A stretch of DNA of 62,409 bases, counting the filler, from an uncultured Methanosarcinales archaeon (GTDB lineage Archaea; Nanobdellota; Nanobdellia; Woesearchaeales; CAYSVS01): NCBI GenBank assembly GCA_964434475.1. It is 3 parts of 3 records of this genome, joined end to end, with 100 filler letters (N's around TTAATTAATTAA, not from the genome) between each part and the next. Parts side by side here need not be neighbours in the genome. Positions count along the whole stretch, not along the records: positions 42,853 to 62,409 come from CAYSVS010000021.1; 2 more parts are not named here. One strand, given 5' to 3'. Shown piece by piece: positions 58,780-62,409 of the stretch (position 1 is its first letter; every line of letters starts with the position of its first letter). The notes under the pieces were generated by a model. The model was not told the DNA's origin. It did not search any database and was given only the letters and a program-made list of their open reading frames with translations. The translations under genes were made by a program, and so were the position numbers.

Positions 58780-59505
58780 CTATAATATCGCAAACCTGAA
58801 TAAGTATGGCTGTCCAGCTATTAGGTTTGTTTTGTCTATGAGATAGAATACTTTTGTATTGTCATTGTAGCTTAGTATTCTTACTTCAAAATGTTTTTCT
58901 GACAAATAATTGTGTATTTCTATCTGGTTTTTTAGATTGTATAGGTCGACAATGTTGTTCATAGTTTCATAAGCTTCTTTAACGCTTGCTTTAATTTTTA
59001 TGTTGGCTTTATTGTATTTGTATTCTGTTATCTTATTGTTGTTGTAAACTTTGATGTCTGGTTTTACGTTGAAATATACGTCTTCTTCTGCTATTGTTAC
59101 GCTTGTTTCTGGATTTTCTATTTTTATCTCATAGTTTTTATTAGGAAATGAATCTGCACATTGCTGTATGCCTTGGTTAAACTCGTTTTCTAGCTGTGTT
59201 TCTATATCTTCTATCGATAATATGTATTTTTCTCCATTGTATGAAGCATAGTTTATTTTTGTGAATTGGTCCTGTTCAAACTTTTTTCCGTTTATCATAT
59301 TGCCTGCATTAAAGCCCAGCTTGTATATTGTATATTCTGCGTATTGCTTAAGGCAAAGATCCATGTATGTTTCAAAATCTTCTGATTTTTGGTTTGTTGT
59401 TGTTAATCCTTTTGAAGATACATAGAACAGCATGCCGAATAGTAAAAGTATTGCAATGCCTAATACTATGAATAATGTCAGTTGTGCTTTTTTGTTTTTT
59501 ACCAT
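58780..59505 (-). CDS. Class III signal peptide-containing surface protein
   Basis: KKAQ/LTLFIVLGIAILLLFG; C-terminal PYLFRFA. Confidence 0.75.
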   Translation of the reverse strand: MVKNKKAQLTLFIVLGIAILLLFGMLFYVSSKGLTTTNQKSEDFETYMDLCLKQYAEYTIYKLGFNAGNMINGKKFEQDQFTKINYASYNGEKYILSIEDIETQLENEFNQGIQQCADSFPNKNYEIKIENPETSVTIAEEDVYFNVKPDIKVYNNNKITEYKYNKANIKIKASVKEAYETMNNIVDLYNLKNQIEIHNYLSEKHFEVRILSYNDNTKVFYLIDKTNLIAGQPYLFRFAIL

Positions 59506-61373
59506 TTTGCTATGTCAAATAATGCGGCTCCTTGCTTGTATGCATTGAATGCCGGGAAAATCAATATTGATTTTTCAAACTCATTCTGTTGTTGTGATTC
59601 TGTATTGTATGCTATTATGTTATTCTGTTTCATAGTGTTTTGAATGTATTCGACGTTGTAAGGGATGTATGAAACTTGATAATTGTTTATTAGGTTTGTT
59701 ACTGTGTTTTCTGTGTCTATGCTCAGATATCTTTTATTGCCTTTTTCTGTTATTATGTGGTGGCCTTGGTATATGATTGAGTTTGTTTGTAGGCTTGGGT
59801 TTTGATTTGTTATCTGGAAATTGTTTATGTCTATCTTGTTTAGGCTTAAGCTTAATTGTGCTTGGTTGTTATTGTTTTGGCTTATATACATAGGTCTTAA
59901 AATAAGTTGAGATAGCCTATCTCCGTATTTTTCCTGGCCATATCTTTGATATTCTATGATTCCGTTGAATTCAACAGCTTTTGTTACAAAATCAACATAG
60001 CCATGGCCATTGCCTTGCTTTATTGTGTTGAACTTTGCTCTTGAAAAGAAGTCTTCAGATTTTCTGAAGCCAAGTTCGTATGCTTCATTGCTAGGGTTGT
60101 ATACTGCAAAAGATGATTCAGGGTAAATGATGTCATTGTATGTGTATTTTCCGCCTGGAGAGCTTATTGGCGCCAGGATTATGTAGCCAGTGCCTAGTTG
60201 CATATCTATCTCTGCTGCTGAAGTTCCGTATGTTTCTATTGTTTCGTTGAATTCAGGGTTTAAGTATGCTATGTTTCCTTTTTTGAATTCAAAATAAGGG
60301 TGCTGATTTTCTAGAATTTTTAGAGTGCCTTGATCATCTATGGTGTTGAATGTTAGCCAGTCTTTGTTGTTGTTTTGTAAGCTTAGCTTTACACCTTTGT
60401 CTTGTCTTATGCTTATTCCTTGTCTTTGTACGCCGTTTGTGTAGGGCTCTTGAATATATTCTAAGTCAAATGATGCTGACTTGTTGGCTTTTATTGTCAT
60501 GTAATCGCCTGTAAATCTTATGTCGCTTGGCAGCTTGAAGAGGTTGTTGTCTTTCGCGCTGGTAATATGTGCTTTTTTAAGTTTGCCAGCATCAAGCTCA
60601 AATTTACTTTCTTTTATTTTGTTGAAAATCTTATTGCCTATTATTACTTGGTCAGCGTATGCAAGTTTGAAAGTGCCGTCAAAAGGTATGAATATGTTTT
60701 TGGCAAACGTTGATGTAGAGGAATCATAAGTGAAGGAATCTGCTTCACCGATATGTATTCCGTCTTCACTTACTTCAAGACCTTCATAATTTATTGCACT
60801 AAATATATTTTTACCAGAATCATCCTTTGCTGTGCTACTTTGACCTTTCTCTGAGCTTATCAAATTGCCATTTGAATCGTATTTATCATTTTGAGAATTC
60901 TTGTTTGTAAACTTTGTTGGAATTGATTTAGGTTTTGCGTTTGGTTTGCTTTCTGCAGCAGTTTTGATATCATAGCCACCGTCTGCATTTTTCTTCACAT
61001 CTGTTACGTCTTTGTATGTCTGGCCGTTTATAGTTACTTCTTCTGCTGATGCGATTTGTCCGTTTTTGAAGGTTGCACCTTTCATGTCTATGGGGTTTTC
61101 GAATCCTTGTGGTGTTCCTTTTCCTGTAGCTTTTCCATCTGTATAAATTAATTGTCCTCCTGGTCCAAATTCAACTCCTTTAATTGTTATGGTTTCGCCA
61201 TCTGGAATATTTCCTGAGAAATCTTCTCCTGCTTCTATTTTTGTGTTTACACCATCTTGGGAGAGGATGTCTTGGTCAGCACCTCCTCCGCCAAAAAATT
61301 CATCAGAAATAACTATGTTTGAAACTAATATTGTTATAATTAGAAATATTAAACTAATTTTCTTTTTGTTCAT
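59499..61373 (-). CDS. Secreted beta-rich surface protein
   Basis: Sec signal MNKKKISLIFLIITILVSNIVIS; G/N/T-rich body; overlaps the downstream gene. Confidence 0.65.
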   Translation of the reverse strand: MNKKKISLIFLIITILVSNIVISDEFFGGGGADQDILSQDGVNTKIEAGEDFSGNIPDGETITIKGVEFGPGGQLIYTDGKATGKGTPQGFENPIDMKGATFKNGQIASAEEVTINGQTYKDVTDVKKNADGGYDIKTAAESKPNAKPKSIPTKFTNKNSQNDKYDSNGNLISSEKGQSSTAKDDSGKNIFSAINYEGLEVSEDGIHIGEADSFTYDSSTSTFAKNIFIPFDGTFKLAYADQVIIGNKIFNKIKESKFELDAGKLKKAHITSAKDNNLFKLPSDIRFTGDYMTIKANKSASFDLEYIQEPYTNGVQRQGISIRQDKGVKLSLQNNNKDWLTFNTIDDQGTLKILENQHPYFEFKKGNIAYLNPEFNETIETYGTSAAEIDMQLGTGYIILAPISSPGGKYTYNDIIYPESSFAVYNPSNEAYELGFRKSEDFFSRAKFNTIKQGNGHGYVDFVTKAVEFNGIIEYQRYGQEKYGDRLSQLILRPMYISQNNNNQAQLSLSLNKIDINNFQITNQNPSLQTNSIIYQGHHIITEKGNKRYLSIDTENTVTNLINNYQVSYIPYNVEYIQNTMKQNNIIAYNTESQQQNEFEKSILIFPAFNAYKQGAALFDIAKW

Positions 61374-61387
61374 AATAAACCTCTTTT

Positions 61388-62386
61388 TTAATATTTTACT
61401 TTATTTACACTATCTGTATTTCTAAATAAATATGCGTATTTTCCATTAGGTTTGGTTAATAGCGGTTCAATCCAATAACTTGGAAAGTTTTTCATCCATT
61501 TTCTTAAAATTTTAATATCTGAGGGACCTTTATATTGAGTATCGATATGCTTCATATTTCCATCATTTTTTTCAGGAGTCTCACCTTTAGTGACGTCCCA
61601 TTTTGAAAACATAGCAATAGATGGTGGTCCTCTTATGAAATATCCATATTTCTTTTTCATTATGTCTCCCATAATATGATAAATTCCTCTAACTCCTTTA
61701 GGAGTATCATTTCTTGCATCGTACGCTAAAAAATTCATTTTGTTAATATATTTTTTAGAAAGTTCATTGAATATTATTGCTTCACGCATAGAATTTAAAT
61801 CTCCTTTATTCTTACAGTTTAAGGAGTTATAATATAGAACCAATACTGGTTTATCACTAGAATATATTGTTCTATGCAGTTTGTCAAGGCTTCTTTTTGG
61901 GTTTCTTTCATCGTGTTTGAAATCTGTAATCAATCCTTTCTGGATGTATGGCTTCATTATGTCATATGCGTTCTCTTTTTTCATCAATCGTTCTATCTCA
62001 GAAGTTGTCAGTTCTTTGTCTATTGTTTGACTATACTCTGCCTTTGCTTTCTCTGTATATGGCTGCTTGTTCTGTGCTGCTGCCTGTTTACCTAATCCTA
62101 AAAACGCGCCTATCAGCATAACCTTAGCAGCTGCTCTCTTTACTCTTGTTCCCAAAGTTGGCTTCTGCTTCATTTGCTCAGCAGCGTTATTCCGTAATTC
62201 TGAGCCTCTTGTATTGTATTCTGTTGCTGAATGTACTATATCAATAAGATTATGATGGAATTGTTCAAAACCTTGAGAAGTAGGATTATCTATAAAATTA
62301 TATGCAGAATCAATCTTTCCATATATTTCTTTTCCGTATCCTTGATTTTTAATTATGTTTTCAATCACTTCAATTCCTCTTCTCAT
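61388..62386 (-). CDS. Membrane-anchored protein with degenerate thioredoxin-like domain
   Basis: TM VMLIGAFLGLG; SSDKPVLVLYY and GPPSIAMF; no CxxC. Confidence 0.55.
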   Translation of the reverse strand: MRRGIEVIENIIKNQGYGKEIYGKIDSAYNFIDNPTSQGFEQFHHNLIDIVHSATEYNTRGSELRNNAAEQMKQKPTLGTRVKRAAAKVMLIGAFLGLGKQAAAQNKQPYTEKAKAEYSQTIDKELTTSEIERLMKKENAYDIMKPYIQKGLITDFKHDERNPKRSLDKLHRTIYSSDKPVLVLYYNSLNCKNKGDLNSMREAIIFNELSKKYINKMNFLAYDARNDTPKGVRGIYHIMGDIMKKKYGYFIRGPPSIAMFSKWDVTKGETPEKNDGNMKHIDTQYKGPSDIKILRKWMKNFPSYWIEPLLTKPNGKYAYLFRNTDSVNKVKY

Positions 62387-62409
62387 GTGTTTAAGATCTT
62401 TTTTTGATT

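Noticed and set aside
165..62255. Numerous short antisense ORFs in the track (e.g. 8635-9294, 33460-34002, 50775-51287)
   Set aside because: They overlap well-supported genes on the opposite strand and have the F/S/L-rich composition typical of shadow frames.

Overview
AT-rich archaeal DNA with a DPANN (Woesearchaeota-like) gene set. That placement is inferred from archaeal PFOR, RadB, PAC2, aMBF1, Dph2/Dph6, class III signal peptides and TATA-type promoters. The window is three contigs joined by artificial 100-nt N/TTAATTAATTAA linkers at 21328-21427 and 42753-42852. Housekeeping content: porCDAB, dcd, pyrH, secDF, ftsZ, ATP-dependent DNA ligase, gpmI, enolase, radB, an hsp20-grpE-dnaK-dnaJ chaperone operon, a two-component pair and a RelE-like toxin-antitoxin pair. 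Highlights: (1) The right ends of contigs 1 and 2 carry the same 15-bp inverted terminus flanked by a GTGATT duplication. These look like the two ends of one unassembled IS inserted in the last codons of dph2; removing it joins the contigs and restores a dph2 stop upstream of a flavoprotein and a U32 gene. (2) Two candidate promoter-driven small RNAs with exposed C-rich loops. (3) An AsnB-Dph6 fusion. (4) A five-gene cluster with two AglB/GT-C-like proteins lacking WWDYG, a processive GT2 and two thioredoxin-like membrane proteins. (5) A pseudo-receiver/APH-kinase fusion near a SixA-like operon. No tRNA, rRNA or CRISPR array was recognised.
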